Origin: Fimbriosthenelais zetlandica
Lineage: Eukaryota
Direction of reading: 5' to 3'
Assembly (NCBI GenBank): GCA_977030845.1
Contig: OZ365116.1
Coordinates: 19,840,001 to 19,904,000 of the forward strand
DNA length: 64,000 nucleotides
Both the position numbers and the translations under genes were made by a program. Every line of letters begins with the position of its first letter. Positions within the stretch are counted from its first letter, which is position 1. Under the pieces are notes generated by a model. The model did not search any database, was not told the DNA's origin, and worked only from the letters and a program-made list of their open reading frames with translations. Positions 1-13,415 of the stretch are shown piece after piece.

Positions 1-1884
1 CCAATTTTGGTGAATGAATATGAAAATATTTAGACTTGGCCACAGGGTTCATTCTGGATGAATTCTATAATTAAATTAACGCCGCAATTCTGTAGTCACA
101 AACTGAGTTTTATAAACTTTATACACCTGACTAGACATCTTCATGCAAATTTAAGTTTCAAAGTGTAAACATTACTATTGTTTACACGCTTCATGTCTGG
201 TAAATGTATGCCTGATTATTCCTCTTTCCGCTTGGTCTCGGGACTGTTAAAAGCAAATCACCTCATTTCACATCTGAGTGTACAAGCATAAAATTCACCA
301 CAAAAAATGTGAAACAAGTAAAGAGCTGGTTTAAATTTAGCACGAGTAGGAGGGCCTTCACAGATGGGCAGATGGGGGAGAGCAGGTGTTCTGTATACTT
401 CTAGACTTCAGCCATTCTTTTATATACAAAAAGTCGAGGCAAGTGTTCAACAGGGGATATCTATAAGATGAATGACAAAGTGTATGTAAGGATGGTGATC
501 GGGGGTTGAGGAGGACCAGGTCTAGTCCATTACCAGGGGGCACATGGTGGAGGAGGATGTCAGTAATATTACATGTATGTAACAGTGTGAATCATGGGGG
601 TAAGTCATAGGTTAATGTGTGGGTGTATATAGAGTAGGTGTGGTGGTATGCTATATAGGCAGTAAGAGCAGCTCACAGCATAATCCCCTATGTTAGAGGA
701 GTCTTCAGGAATGTCCATAACATGTGATTCACTCTGATAGATAAGGTGTACTTTGGTACAAATACAATACAGTTCCGGCTACATACATGCCTCAAGTCCG
801 GTAGTGAGATGGACTCAACCAGCGAACCATGTTATAAGTAGTAGGCATAAAAGGCAATACAGCCCAGGCTCTCTTTACATGGGATTACGAGCACTGCAGG
901 ACTTAAGGGATCTCTTTTAGGGCTCCCACCTAACTTTACTTGTGGGTATTAAGATGGATTAAGTTGTACAGATCACTAAGGATATATCAAATCAGTTTCA
1001 GGCTTTAATTACTGGGGAGAATGAGCCTCAATGATTGTGAGTTAGGGGAAAATTTGACCTCGCAATTGAGCCCAATCATTAGCCTTGGTTTAATTAAGTG
1101 AATAAGACATTTATACGGTTAACTGTATAGGTGTTATGGCCTTATGAGAGGGACTCCTTCCCACCCAGAATTAAATCATTGATAGCATGGCACCTCGTAC
1201 ATCGACCCAGCAAGCTATCATATGGCCAATCAATGAACAGTGGACTGATCAATTCAGGTCAAAACAAATAGCAGCTAGAACTATTTTCCCAAAATCCCAT
1301 TCAACGTAAGATGGATATGCAATAACTACTTGCATTGAGGGATAATATAGAAGGGTCCATGCTGAATAGTTACAATACTTTGCCAATACTGAGTGGTGAG
1401 AATGTTTAATGCATTAGATGGACAATGTCACTCAATGTGACTGCCTATAAAGCGTCAGTCTGACCTCCAGGGTTAATGGCATTGGAGGGAAACATGAACA
1501 TGAAGCACTGAGTCAGCCATGATGACTGGGTCCTATATAGCTGTTATACAGGCTCATCTGCTCCAGTCAGTGATACTGTGCAAACTCTGGGTCTACTCAA
1601 ATCAACAATACGCCATCTACCTTCATAGTTCTCATGTTCATATAACTTTCGGTATTTATCTATATCAAGCTTCCTAAAATTGGAATAATGGTATAGTGTG
1701 ACTGCTCCCTTTACACTTTATACTTTAATTCCTCTGATCAGTAGGATCTTATGAGGTCTTTCAGTGTGGGAGCCATTGTCTTGGTCTGAGGGATTACTCA
1801 GATCATTGGCTCTGTCTAATGGAGGGAATGAGAATGCCATCACATGATAAAATTGATAGCCCGGCCTAGGGAATTGACTCTCCA

Positions 1885-1967
1885 CCCCTCCCACATCCCA
1901 CCCCCAGTCTCCCCAATCCCATCCCGGGGACATCTAGCTCCCCGAGTCTTCCCCCACCCCCAGCCCC
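1885..1967 (-). other. Potential G-quadruplex cluster on the NAV sense (pre-mRNA) strand
   Basis: Seven C3-C5 tracts in 1885-1925 and three more in 1951-1967 on the + strand. Confidence 0.5.
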
Positions 1968-2187
1968 ACTAGATGCCCCCAGGAGGGCCCGACAAGCAAA
2001 TGATGCAGTCACATTGAGGGGTAACTCATCAACCCTTTTATCACTTATTCTATCTTCCAAAAATCCAAAGTGATCAAAACCATAATGACTCCTAAGGTAT
2101 ACAAATATGAATGAAATTACCTCAAGAATATAGTGAATATAGTTCCAAATCGCTGAAGCGGTTTAAAGTTTAAGTATTAGGTATTAA

Positions 2188-2204
2188 GGGAGGGGGTGGG
2201 AGGG
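2188..2204 (+). other. Potential G-quadruplex
   Basis: GGGAGGGGGTGGGAGGG: four G3+ tracts with 1-nt loops. Confidence 0.55.
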
Positions 2205-5200
2205 AGGTGCCCGGTCAGTGAGGCGTGTTATAGGCATGCTTGATGAGCTGCTCGGGGGTGTGAGCGCCTCAGGCAGGAAGGCCTGGCAGGATCAGCTGTT
2301 TGATGGCAGGAGATGAGCAAATAACATTACTTCAGCGAAAAATCTTAATAATGTCATCAAACTATCTAGAATCACGATCAGCAGTGATTGTGTAGTGCCC
2401 ATAATTTTTCAAGCTGACAGTAGACTGTCGAAGTCGAATCTGCTCACCCCCAATCTAGTTCTCTTGCCACCTGTCCCTCGTGGGCCTGCCCTTCACTCAC
2501 ATTGTTGGAATTTTTTCACACATCTGGCTGGTGTCAAGGCCCGTATTTCTTACAATAACACTAATCACTTCCACCCCTCATTTACCACCCATTTCCTTTG
2601 TCTCGGTCTACGACCTTTTCTCTGAGCAACTCAACCCAAAATGGCAGTCTCAATGAATTTTTTTTGGTGAAGGGGGAACCAAGTAAGAAGGCATCTCAAT
2701 TATAGGAAGTACCCTTTAAAATGTAAAGCCCAGGAGATGCACTGTGGTTGTGGGTGGCATGAGGGGGTAGTTGGGAGTGTTGGGGGTGAGCCAGGAGCAC
2801 CTGGGGCCCGTGTAATATTAGGGTTCATTATAAACGTGCATTATAATTCTCCTGGTGCCCCCGTGTCTCCTGTGCCCAGCACAAGTTGCCCATGACGCAT
2901 CCATGTTTAATTGGCAACTGTTTAATAACCCGAGTCCGTGCAGATTAGATCATCAGAGACTGTGACAATGCAAAGCTGGAGGCCTTGTCGTGCTCCTGTG
3001 AAACTTTCAGTCCCATTCCGTCCAAATACAGAGCATGGGAAAAGATCACATTCAGTTGGTATGATGTGGGACATATCAGGGTATTTTCTAACACATGATT
3101 AAAACATGTCCTTCTAGACAATCTTTAATATTTAAATTGCCTAAAACTAATTACATTTGACTCATTAACCCCTGACAAAAGTCTTAATGTAACATAACAA
3201 ACCCCATCTCTAATTGTCATGGTCCAGAGAGGTTAAACAATAGTGGTCTGACCATATGTAGAGAGCACTGTCTGAGTGTAACTGTAAAGCGTTTATTGGA
3301 TCGTGTTCTATTGTATCCACCAATTACCCAACTCATTTCAATCACAGGGCTCGCGCATGCGTACACCTAACATCTGTCTCCCTTTGTTTACACGCCCCCT
3401 GTTGTCATTGTCTACGTCATTGTTTACATCATCACGAAAAAAATGATTTTTTTCCTGGGTCATGGAAAACAAATTGTCCCCCAATTTTCAATTATTTTTC
3501 ATATTGAATAGTGTTTGGTTCCAAAGCCAACATTTTTGCCTCTATATGGATTGGTGAATTTTAAAGTAGATTCAAGTTTTATTGATAGAGTCGGTGATGC
3601 GACCAGTAGATAAATATTGTCATTGTAGTGATGGCTGAATTCATTTTAGACAGCGCCAGGAGGATTTGGATATTTGAGGCTTGAGTACAGGGTTACATTA
3701 AGCAATGTGAATCATTGATTGCACAAAAAATCAGATAGTTTACATTGTCTTATTGTCATAAGTGCAATGAAAAAATTGCACAGGAAGACTCAATTAATAA
3801 CTCGACACAGTGTTGAAAGTCATTCAGAATTTCACTTCAATTCTTTTGCAATATGTTCTCGATTTAAACAGGGAATATATCAATGCATTTGGGGAAAATG
3901 TTAACTAACATTTCCACTTGGGAGGCCATTCTTCGTCAACTCCTTTGAAAAAGATCCCGGGATCTTTGTACCAGCCAAGTATAAGGCACCAGCTGAGCAA
4001 ACCAAATCCAAAACTTGCTTATCTCCTACACACACCAAGTTTTACTCACAACTCTTATCTCTGCTCGTTCCATGTGATCTGTATCAATTCCATGAGTCCA
4101 CTGCATTGATCCCCTCCCTCCCTCCTCCCCTATGTTTGCTATATATCCAGGCCTACCCTTCCAGCTCCACCATCTTATCTTGCTGCACGGCTCAGTGCCA
4201 CTGCTTACCATATAAATTAACTGATCGACTCTCAATCAGATACAGGTCAGGCAGCATTATTGTGATGACCTTAATGGTATTTCAATAGGCAAGTAACTTT
4301 AAGGACATGGGTGGAGATTGGGAATACATGTATTGATATGTATTGTCAAGATAGCATCCTATATACAGATATCTCCAGTAAGGGTTCCAGAACCTTCGGT
4401 ACCATACATAGTTAGGGAGGTATAGGGTAGGGGACATTAGACATACCAAAGCCTTCAACTTAGACAATGATAAATATATATGGGAAGGATTCACAATCTC
4501 CCAAACCAAAGCATAACCAAAGTCAAACACTTGCATGGGAGTATCCAAAATACGAAAGGCTCAAAAGAGTGTATGAAGTGACAAGGACAAGGGCAAGTCT
4601 ATGAATGCAGTATGGATACAAATTGGCCTTCACCTCGCTTGCTATCAGTCTGTCACCCATCATTACCCTCTCTAGGGAAGGAGCCAAACCAAACTGTCTG
4701 GTCATTGACTTCTGGCAAAGGGACACCCAGACTGGGAGACACAGGGCCATTATAAAGGCAGAGAAGGGGGTACAGTGAGGGTGTGGATGGGAAAGACCAC
4801 TCTACAACATTCAACATCCGTGTATACTTGCATAGAATATCCATTCTCAGTGACAATAACTTTCAATCATCTTAAAAGGCTTTGAAATAAAATTTTAGTT
4901 TGCTATACTTCACTCCAAAAAGACAGTCTTACCTCATAGATTGGCAGATATTATGTATATTTCAAAGTCTATAAGATCTGCTTCTGAGTGGGTCTCTTCA
5001 TGTCTTTGATGTTGGCCTGACATCTTGATGTGAGGGTGTCATCATATGGTCCAGTGTATATAAGTAATGGGAGGGATCCAGTAGACGACCTCCAGGTCAA
5101 CAAGCTTTATATCTCTACTTGTACCAGTAACTTTGTCACAAGGAAGAAGGCTGAGTGAAAGTATCCCAAGCAGCAAACACACACTGTGACTTTTGGCAGG

Positions 5201-5348
5201 CCTCCCACAACATCAACTCCACTGGGGCCCCGGCCAAATTTCTTTTGATTTTTACTTTTCAGACATCTTTTTCTGTTGCTTTTCACTTTTGGGGGTGACA
5301 GAGTGTGAGAGTTTTAATAAGATTTCATTGTAGAAATAGGTATTCTAT

Positions 5349-5365
5349 GGGGGGGGGGGGGGGGG
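5349..5365 (+). repeat. Poly-G run (17)
   Basis: Read directly. Homopolymer length may be assembly-dependent. Confidence 0.85.
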
Positions 5366-7222
5366 TAAATGAGTGACTGTTGGATTTGTATCATTGGACA
5401 ATCTATATATAAACCGACAGTTGAAGCTATGCACTAGTAATGCAAATCACATTCCAACGCCCAGCTGGTTAAAAAGTAACCTATTTAAATCTTTTACCTC
5501 CGATAAAACCGAAGCTGAACACCCCCGTGAATACAAATTAAAGGGAACTAAAGATGAATCTCTAACAAGAGTCCTTTGACCCTTTGAAATTGCATAAAAT
5601 CACTTGCCGCCAACCTCAATGGTAGGCCTAATCATTTTTCCCACCTGACAGATGTGGAGGACACATTTGTATAGGGGTAGATTCTGTATATTCTATGTCG
5701 GATAGAGGGACATCTGAGGGGGGCTTGACCACAAACTGTGATAGAATCATAACATAACACATGGTGTATTGAGACTGAAAATAGCGGAGGAGGTCGCCAA
5801 CCTCAAGGGGCGGACCCCCTCACTGCTACCTCACACTCATGTAGTAGCCCACCCCGCCCCCCTCACACACCCCGTCTATAGGCTTTTGGGGGCCGTCCTT
5901 ATAGCCCTATAGGGTCAACTCTCACATCTCTCCAAGTGCTCCTTTGCGTCCTCCCAATATTCTATTGTTTTTTTCGAATAGGCCTATTTCAGGCTCATTT
6001 CGGTGAGTTAGTTATCATTTTTTAAGACGAGCAGAACAATTCATGGATTAGGAAACGATGTTTTAAAGTAGGAAGAGTATAACATATTAATTGATATTCG
6101 CATTGAAACATGTCTTGGAAGTAGAATGATGGGGGGTATATAGATTCCTGTATACGGTACACGTTTTGTACTCCATCTAAATGCTCCCAATTCATTGAGT
6201 CCCATTCTTCAAATCCACATCATGCCGGATGACCGACTGTGCCTCTGGCGGGCTCCCGCCATTCAAAAAGACCCATGAGGGCAGTTAGACTTGTCTAAGT
6301 CTCACTTGTGTCTGTATGTATTATGACAAAATGCAGAATGGAGATTGTACAAAGAGCCTACATTTTATCCCTCGGCCCAATACGGAGGAAAAAATTGACA
6401 GCATTTAACTCAAGGAGGGACCAATAAAACAACTGTTTAAAACAAAATGACCAGTTTTTGGCAAAACCTGGACTTTGATTAAAGTCAAGCGTATCAAATT
6501 CCAATAATGTTCAAGACTATTATTAATTGAAGAAGGGGCTTGGGCTAGTCTAGGGACAGGCCGCGGCTTCCCAGTGCTCAACCTTTTAATTCTCTCACAC
6601 CCCAGCAAAGTGGCAAAATAGAGACATAATTATCACCCCAGGTACAAGTCAGCTATACACATCTATATAAACGGGTAAATAATTGAAATAGGCCACATTA
6701 CTCCCACCATTGACAGAGAGGGAAGGCGAAATCTTCTCTCAATGCCACTATTGTGTTCAGTTTAGGGAAATATGACCCAAGTTTGATACTAACTTCTAAG
6801 CTCAAAGTTTCATGTAACCAAATGTAAGTATATATATATGCTTAAAAATTAACACAGTGTAACAAATAATGTCAATATGTTTGCCACATAATAAATCATA
6901 ACATGAAACCACCATAAATAACCAGGAAAGTAACTTTTATAACTTGAAACAGTAACTGTGTTTCAGAAAATTCTTACCTTTTAATTAGACCACCCTGATG
7001 AAAGGAGTAAATCCATTTTCCTATATGGAAGATTTCTTTCACAGGCGTAAACAATTATCCCAATAAACTACTGTATGGGATCACAAATTTGCAGATAGAC
7101 TGAACCCCAAAAAGGGAAAATATTCTATTCCAGATTATAGCACCACATTGACTTTTCACCCGCCAAAAGTTCAAATGTATAGAGGCATGTTATGTATGGG
7201 CCAATGCACAGCTGAGGAAAAG

Positions 7223-7250
7223 TGAATGAATGAATGAAGGAATGAATGGA
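7223..7250 (+). repeat. (TGAA)n microsatellite, imperfect
   Basis: tgaatgaatgaatgaaggaatgaatgga. Confidence 0.8.
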
Positions 7251-7769
7251 TGGCTGGGGTAAGTGAGGAGAGTTTATGCCCCTCTGGCCGGTCCCTCTCC
7301 ATCATATGGCTCTCCATCCCATGCCATGTGTATTCACTTCCAGACTCCAGCAAAGCTCGTATACTCCACTAAATCCATGTCACCTCAGTTACAGCACCGA
7401 AACTTTGATGTAAATCCGTAAAGAGTTAAATCCAGATATTTCAGGGTGAAAAGTAGCCTAAAGGTAGGGCTCCCCGAATACACACTCTACCTCCCGCTCA
7501 CCGACCCCACGTTGGTCTGAAGCATTAAGCCAATGTGACCCAGTTTAACAGTATGTGGGTCACAGTGGGCGGGGATCATTTTGTGATGAAGGGGTGGGAG
7601 GATGGTGACTGGTCAGTAGGGGACTGGCCCACGCTGACATATATATTACGTAATATATACAACAATACAAACATCACACAAGGGGACCACACACACATAT
7701 CAAAGCAAAGATTTTATTTGAAATATTCATATATCAAAGCAGTTTTTCTTTTTGACATATAAAACTCAC

Positions 7770-7822
7770 CATTTGTTGAGAGTTCCTGGGCTTTGCCTTG
7801 ATGTCACGGACTTTTTGATTGG
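7770..7822 (-). CDS. NAV2: Neuron navigator coding exon 3 (53 nt): (T)NQKVRDIKAKPRNSQQM
   Basis: Acceptor tttttatctttttcag, donor ATG|GTGAGT. The phase 1 start matches the exon 2 end. Aligns with the NAV CH segment (human NAV2, recalled as ANEKIEDINGCPKNRSQM). Confidence 0.95.
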
Positions 7823-9656
7823 CTGAAAAAGATAAAAATTTATCATAATTATCTCATAAAAAGCAGGTTTAAGGGCATAAATGTATTAGGCCTGCATTGA
7901 TATTTTTAAAGGGATACATTAACTGTACATACATATTCCTACCATCTAAATACCAATCAATTTGGAATAAATATCTCGAAATCATTGGCACATTGAAATA
8001 TTTACAAAATGTCAATATATTTAAGGTCCATGGGGAATTAGTGGAATAATTGCTCCTTGAAAAAATCGACCAGTATCCGGGCAGTAACTATGTTTACCTG
8101 AGAAGGGGGCATGTCCAGTGTAAACAAACCAAGGTACATTCTGTATATAGTGAACATGTGAAGTGACCGGAAGTAAGTTCACTTAAATGTACCCAGACAC
8201 TTCAAGGAAACTGATGCTTATTTATCTTGGGAGTATTTGATTTAGGATTTTCAATTTGCCATCCATTAGCTGGTATTGAAATTAAAATTTATAATTTTGC
8301 TGGAATGAAGGGAAGGGGGAATGGGGCATTTGTCACTGAAAAACTTTTGCTTTTGTATTTATTACAAATAGCAGAAGCTGGTCTGAGTAAAAATGGGGAA
8401 AAAGAAATTCTTCAATACTCGGACCAGAGAAAAACGATAGCAGGCATGGCAGTGTTCAAAGTAAAAACTGGCACTCCTTATTTTACTCATTGATCTCGCA
8501 CATTTTACTCGCCCAAACAAAGAATGCACATGAGCATTTCACGCCTGAGGCTTGAATCAGGGCTGATGACCATGGAAAGAGGAAGAAGCCGGAATGTGTT
8601 GCCATGGCAACCCAAAACATTTAATCCTCAAAGCTAACATAAGCAACACGTTTCCCTGGTCACATTGATTGGTGCTTGTGCTGGAATGTAATGTAAAACG
8701 TGGGTGAGTGGAGGATTTGCTGACTTGCTCCATCATAGCTTTTCTTTACTCAAGTTTACCAGCTAAACAATGAGTCAGAGATGTGTACTGATCGATGCAG
8801 AAGTGTCCATCTCACTGGATCTAGTCAAAAAGGGAAGAGGAGGAGGGGGAGGAGGGAGCTGGGCTCTCTGGTGGGTCTGGAAAGTATGAGTGAATGGTGA
8901 GATATGTATTGTAGGGAAAAAGTGGGAAAAGGGAGTTAAAGTTATGGCGGGGAGATTGCCAGATCAGATCCAAGAAAGTGGCCCTAGGGGGAGGGGACAA
9001 GAAGCATTGGGCATCTGGAAATGCCCCGGGGGAGAAGGATGGTAGGAGACTGTGTGTGTTGGTGGTCTGACCGCATCAGGAGGGAAGTCTGTCATTATTG
9101 TAATGTGATAAGGTCCTTCTGAGAATCACAGAGAAAAAGTCAGATATATGATCTATACCATATCACGTGACTCATTGTCACACTCCATGGACCTGTTTTA
9201 CTTGGCATCAAAAGCACTTTCTATGGGGCCTGGGCTTTATGATGTGCAGTTCTGATGTAGGCACACAAAATGACTCTGCTGATCCTATCTCAAATACTGT
9301 TAAAAATGGCTAGAAAATTGTTTAATGATTGTCCGTGTTGCTTCAAGCCTCAGAAAGGGTGGGGACATATTGCACAGGACCTCTGGCAGTTATTTGACAC
9401 TGCTGGCATTTACAGGGCTTCAGCCTACTGTAGACTTGCTTGAGGCCAAAAATAAATTAACAAATTATCAAGTCAGCCAGTCTTTAATCAAGATCAGATA
9501 GGGCCTACATGCATTTGCATGGATTGGGAATACACAATAGATATTTCAAAATGGATTTTGATGAACTGACCAATCAATTCAGATTGGCCTAAAGTTGCAA
9601 AACTATATAAATTGTGGTGGTGGGTGCACATACGGTGCGGGTGTGTAATGGAGGGC

Positions 9657-9673
9657 TGACCCTACATTGACCC
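9657..9673 (-). promoter_or_regulatory. DR5 nuclear-receptor element with GGGTCA half-sites
   Basis: TGACCCtacatTGACCC fits RGKTCA-N5-RGKTCA. Confidence 0.35.
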
Positions 9674-10890
9674 TGTAACCAAGGTGATGAGTCAGCCGCC
9701 ATTTTGGAGCGCACCTCGCGCTAAATAATTCTGACGCGGCCATTTTTGTTAGCATGGTAATGCGGGCATTGTCACACAGATTAATCTGCTCGTCAAATAG
9801 CCGGCATAATGATGTGACTAATTGTATGAAGGCATTTGCCAGGAATTTGCTTGGTAATTATTGGAAAAAGCTGAACTATTTAGCCAAGATTTTTTCAGAT
9901 TATACATAGTGCATACAGCAAACAAAGGGGCTTATTTGGATATCATTTGACAAATCATGTAGAGTCAAATTAATCAATGTCCACTTTTTGAGAAAAGGTT
10001 TCAATTTTGCATCCATTTGGGCTCGGGTACTATAGGCCTGCCTACCTGAGTATGCTATTGTGTATCATGCAGCATGAGGGGGTAGAAGAGTAGAATGGGG
10101 TTTGATTATTCAATTCAAACGTCCAGCCTATTCCCCCGTCACATAGAAAGGCGTGCTCATAATTCATCATGGTTAAATGGTCCAGTGTTGGAATGCTGGT
10201 AAACAAAGGCCCCCCAGAGCGAGTTGTTACACAGCTGGGGCCCCACTGTGGGGCTGGGTGTGACCCTCTTTTAGGGTTAAGGTGACACATGACGCATGCA
10301 TGCTGGCAGGCTGGACCATGGAACCCTTGTCAAACCAGTGATGCGTGTACTCACATCAAGTTGCAAAAACCCTGCTCGCATTCCTAAGGAGATTTATTAA
10401 ATTATATTGGAGCAGATGCCAGGATTATGCACCATTTATCTAGCCATACCAAGTCTTTGGGGGGAAATATAAGAATATCAGAAAACTCAGGAATTGCACG
10501 TAAGAAGTTAAGAGGAAATGTGAGCTTCCCTTGTATATACATAAGAGTCAATGAAGCGTGAAGCTTGATATATCTCTAGGGGAGGGCCCTTTTGACCCCC
10601 TCTGTCAGTGACGGGGTGGATGTCCCCATTCACCACTGATTCCAATGGTTGCTATACATCTAACATAGGGGGTGGTCGACGTAAGTTTAACATTAGGGTG
10701 GTCGCTATATGATTAACATGGCAAGTATACAAGTATGGCACATTACACTGTTTTTTATAGGAGCACTGTAAGAGGTTTTAGCATCAGTGAGACAGGGAAA
10801 CCATCTGGAGGGAAACTCCATAACGAGCTCACCAGCCGCTGAAACATCTCCATCTCATGCTTCCAGTATAAAACACCAGGCGGCGTGAGG

Positions 10891-10930
10891 GAGCTGGGTG
10901 AGAGCTGGTGAGAGCTGGTGAGAGCAGCTC
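10891..10930 (+). repeat. 10-bp tandem repeat (gagctggtga) x about 3, ending in GAGCAGCTC
   Basis: gagctgggtg agagctggtg agagctggtg agagcagctc. Confidence 0.85.
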
Positions 10931-11610
10931 ACTGCGCGCTCCTAGCTGCCTTCATTATAACGACCCATCTCAATACACACAACCCATGCTCTCCAATTTC
11001 TCACATGAAAAAGGCAGTATTTAGATAGCAGCCATCTCACATTAATGGTGATGATCAAAATGAACCCATTTATTTTTGTAAGCAGGAGTGACTGCATGAT
11101 CAAATTGTCATTTTTAATTCATTTAGCCTATTTATTTCTTTGTTCCTCAAGGGAATGGTTGATGCCAGCATACGAATTTCAATGTGCACGCCTGAGGGTG
11201 AGAATTAAAAGTCATTAAGATTAATTTATAACAAATAAATTATATTACAGTATATTTAAAGGAAGGCCAGTTCATTTGCAAGTGCCTACATTTCCACCTT
11301 AAAGGACATACATAAACATATGTCCATGCATATTGCAAATCTGCCCGTGTAATGTTAAAATGGTGGACATTTTGCCTGTCTTGCACTATCTCCTTCCCAC
11401 AGAAGAGATGAGTGTATGGGTTTTATATCGTGGGATTCCAACACGTGTCATAAATCCCGAGGATCTATAGGCATGCCTTACAGAACCCCGGCTCCGCAAT
11501 CAATCCTATAATAGGTCGCTAATTTCCACCAATGAGATCCCCTCCCGACATTTACTGCATTTGCTGCGGGCTTGGCCTAATCCATTAATGAAGAAGTTCC
11601 CTCCTTAATT

Positions 11611-11621
11611 TGCTGAGTCAT
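11611..11621. promoter_or_regulatory. NF-E2/MARE-ARE (CNC-sMaf, AP-1) site
   Basis: TGCTGAGTCAT, the canonical NF-E2/AP-1 composite. Confidence 0.35.
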
Positions 11622-13415
11622 AGCCGCCATTATAAAGCCCTTTATCTCTCAACTTGCTTCCTACCTTCCTGCTTGCCCGCCATCATTTCTTGCCTACCTC
11701 AGCTCCCGTTAATTTTGGCATAATTTACAACCGAGAAATTTCATTCAAACAGATTTGCTACCAGTCTCCAATAAATTTTCATGACGAGTAAATGTCCTCG
11801 ATTCAATAGAGAATGGCCATGAGGCATGAGCTAGTCTACCAGGGGCTATTAGGGTAACTTGTACTTTTTGGTATAGCTTTCGATCACTTGGACTAATTAC
11901 TCAATTTAAAGGAGAAGCACAAACCATTTTATGCCAGTTCCATTAGTTACTCTCATGACCAACAAAATGAGGCAGATCTATCACGATCGAATAGAAAAAC
12001 ATTGTTCTGTGATGGTTTAATGCAATGCTGTCGTTTTCCCAAGCAGAAAACTTATTTAAATGTATACTAATTAAAAGCAGAGTAATAGCATTCTATGGAA
12101 AATGAACACAAGTTTCATGGATAAATTCCCTCTATTTCTGACATGTCATTGCTATATCCGGTCCATTACAATTTCATATTACGATAAATAAATCAAAACC
12201 TATTTTGTTAAAGGGACATGAAATACTAGGTATAAAGTTATTTTTCGACATAGTTCCGACATTAGATACTTGGTTTCAATGTTATGGCCTGATGTCTCAG
12301 TAAAGAGAAACCAAGTCCTAAATGTGAAGATTTGCCCCAAAATAAGCCTTCATGGTGGCCGCCATGTTGTGTAAAAGATGTGGGATTAGCCAATCAAAAT
12401 TGGAGGTATAGTTCCGGTCTCTTCCACTAGTTGCCACCCTTATACAGACCAGACCATGATACTGGGAGTTTTTAAAACCCCAAACCAATGCAGTAAAATA
12501 ACATATCAGAATGGGGTTGTACAGTACCGTATCTAGAGTATCTATTTTATGGTTAACAGTGGTTTGATTTCTATTTGATATGTGGCTTGAATACCGCATG
12601 GAATGGTAGGACATGATCATGTTAATCACACAGATCCAGGGAGGACAGTCAGGGTGGCGTGGCCACTGACAGCCCAATGATTCCTCTTATCATCATGTTT
12701 GATCCTATTGTGATAAACCTGCCTGTGACACTTCACATAAAACAGTGACGATCATTGCCAATCCCTCACTTACACCTTACCCAAGGCAGCTTAAGATTGT
12801 ATTTTATTGCTATGCAATGTGTATGGGTCCTATCCCTATAATGAAGGGCCTCAAGATATGAGGTGAAACTTAAGATATGATGAGCTGCTCCGTCAATATC
12901 TCACTCATATCATGGCGATTTATGAGAAGAAAGGTATGAGAGTGAGGGGAAAGTGGCTGGTTGGAAGATGAGATCAGCACATTTTACTGTCGCTCTTCTC
13001 AGTAGAGATTACAATGATTGCCCTTCATATCACTATCTCATAAACATCACAATGTCAGGCTTAACTTGGTGGGTGGCAGTTGGGTTTAGGAAAGATGGGT
13101 TCTTCATTTTGAAACAAGGGAAGGGTATATTGATCCTCCTATATAGTTCAACCAACCAGATCTAGGAAACAGGGATTGGTGACCTGTGATTGGGCATAGT
13201 TTATCAGCATCACAGACAACGTCACTTCCTGTTGCGGTTTTGTAAAAACATGGCGGCCATCAAATTAAAGTTTCCTTGATATTACTCTTAGGATATTGAA
13301 TGTACATGGGCACCAACATATTAGAGGTTCTGACTCTTTATGCTACAAGTAAAGCCAGAGTTAAATGTAAGCGATTAATATCCCTTTAATGTAACATATT
13401 TAGTGTTATACTTAC

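Larger units (their letters stand above)
1..7769 (-). other. Intron 3 of the NAV gene (partial; next exon probably beyond the left edge)
   Basis: Starts with GTGAGT at 7769. A manual scan found no exon encoding the expected I[ED]NI..CL.FL continuation. Confidence 0.7.
7823..13415 (-). other. Intron 2 of the NAV gene, 5,593 nt, GT-AG, phase 1
   Basis: GTAAGT...TTTCAG, with frame preserved across the junction (A|CC = Thr). Confidence 0.93.

Noticed and set aside
3090-3143. Minus-strand NLNIKDCL after a TTTTAG acceptor, resembling the NAV exon 4 motif NI..CL
   Set aside because: Phase is incompatible with the exon 3 end (the required frame reads GCA ATT TAA), and the look-alike frame also stops soon.
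3649-3657. GACAGCGCC, right half of a REST/RE1 site
   Set aside because: The left half is absent, and REST is doubtful in this lineage.
6970-8112. Other AG|GT juxtapositions (aaaag|gtaaga at 6975; cccccttctcag|gtaaac at 8098)
   Set aside because: The first lacks a pyrimidine tract. The second has a short tract and a weak donor and sits near the end of a modest intron.
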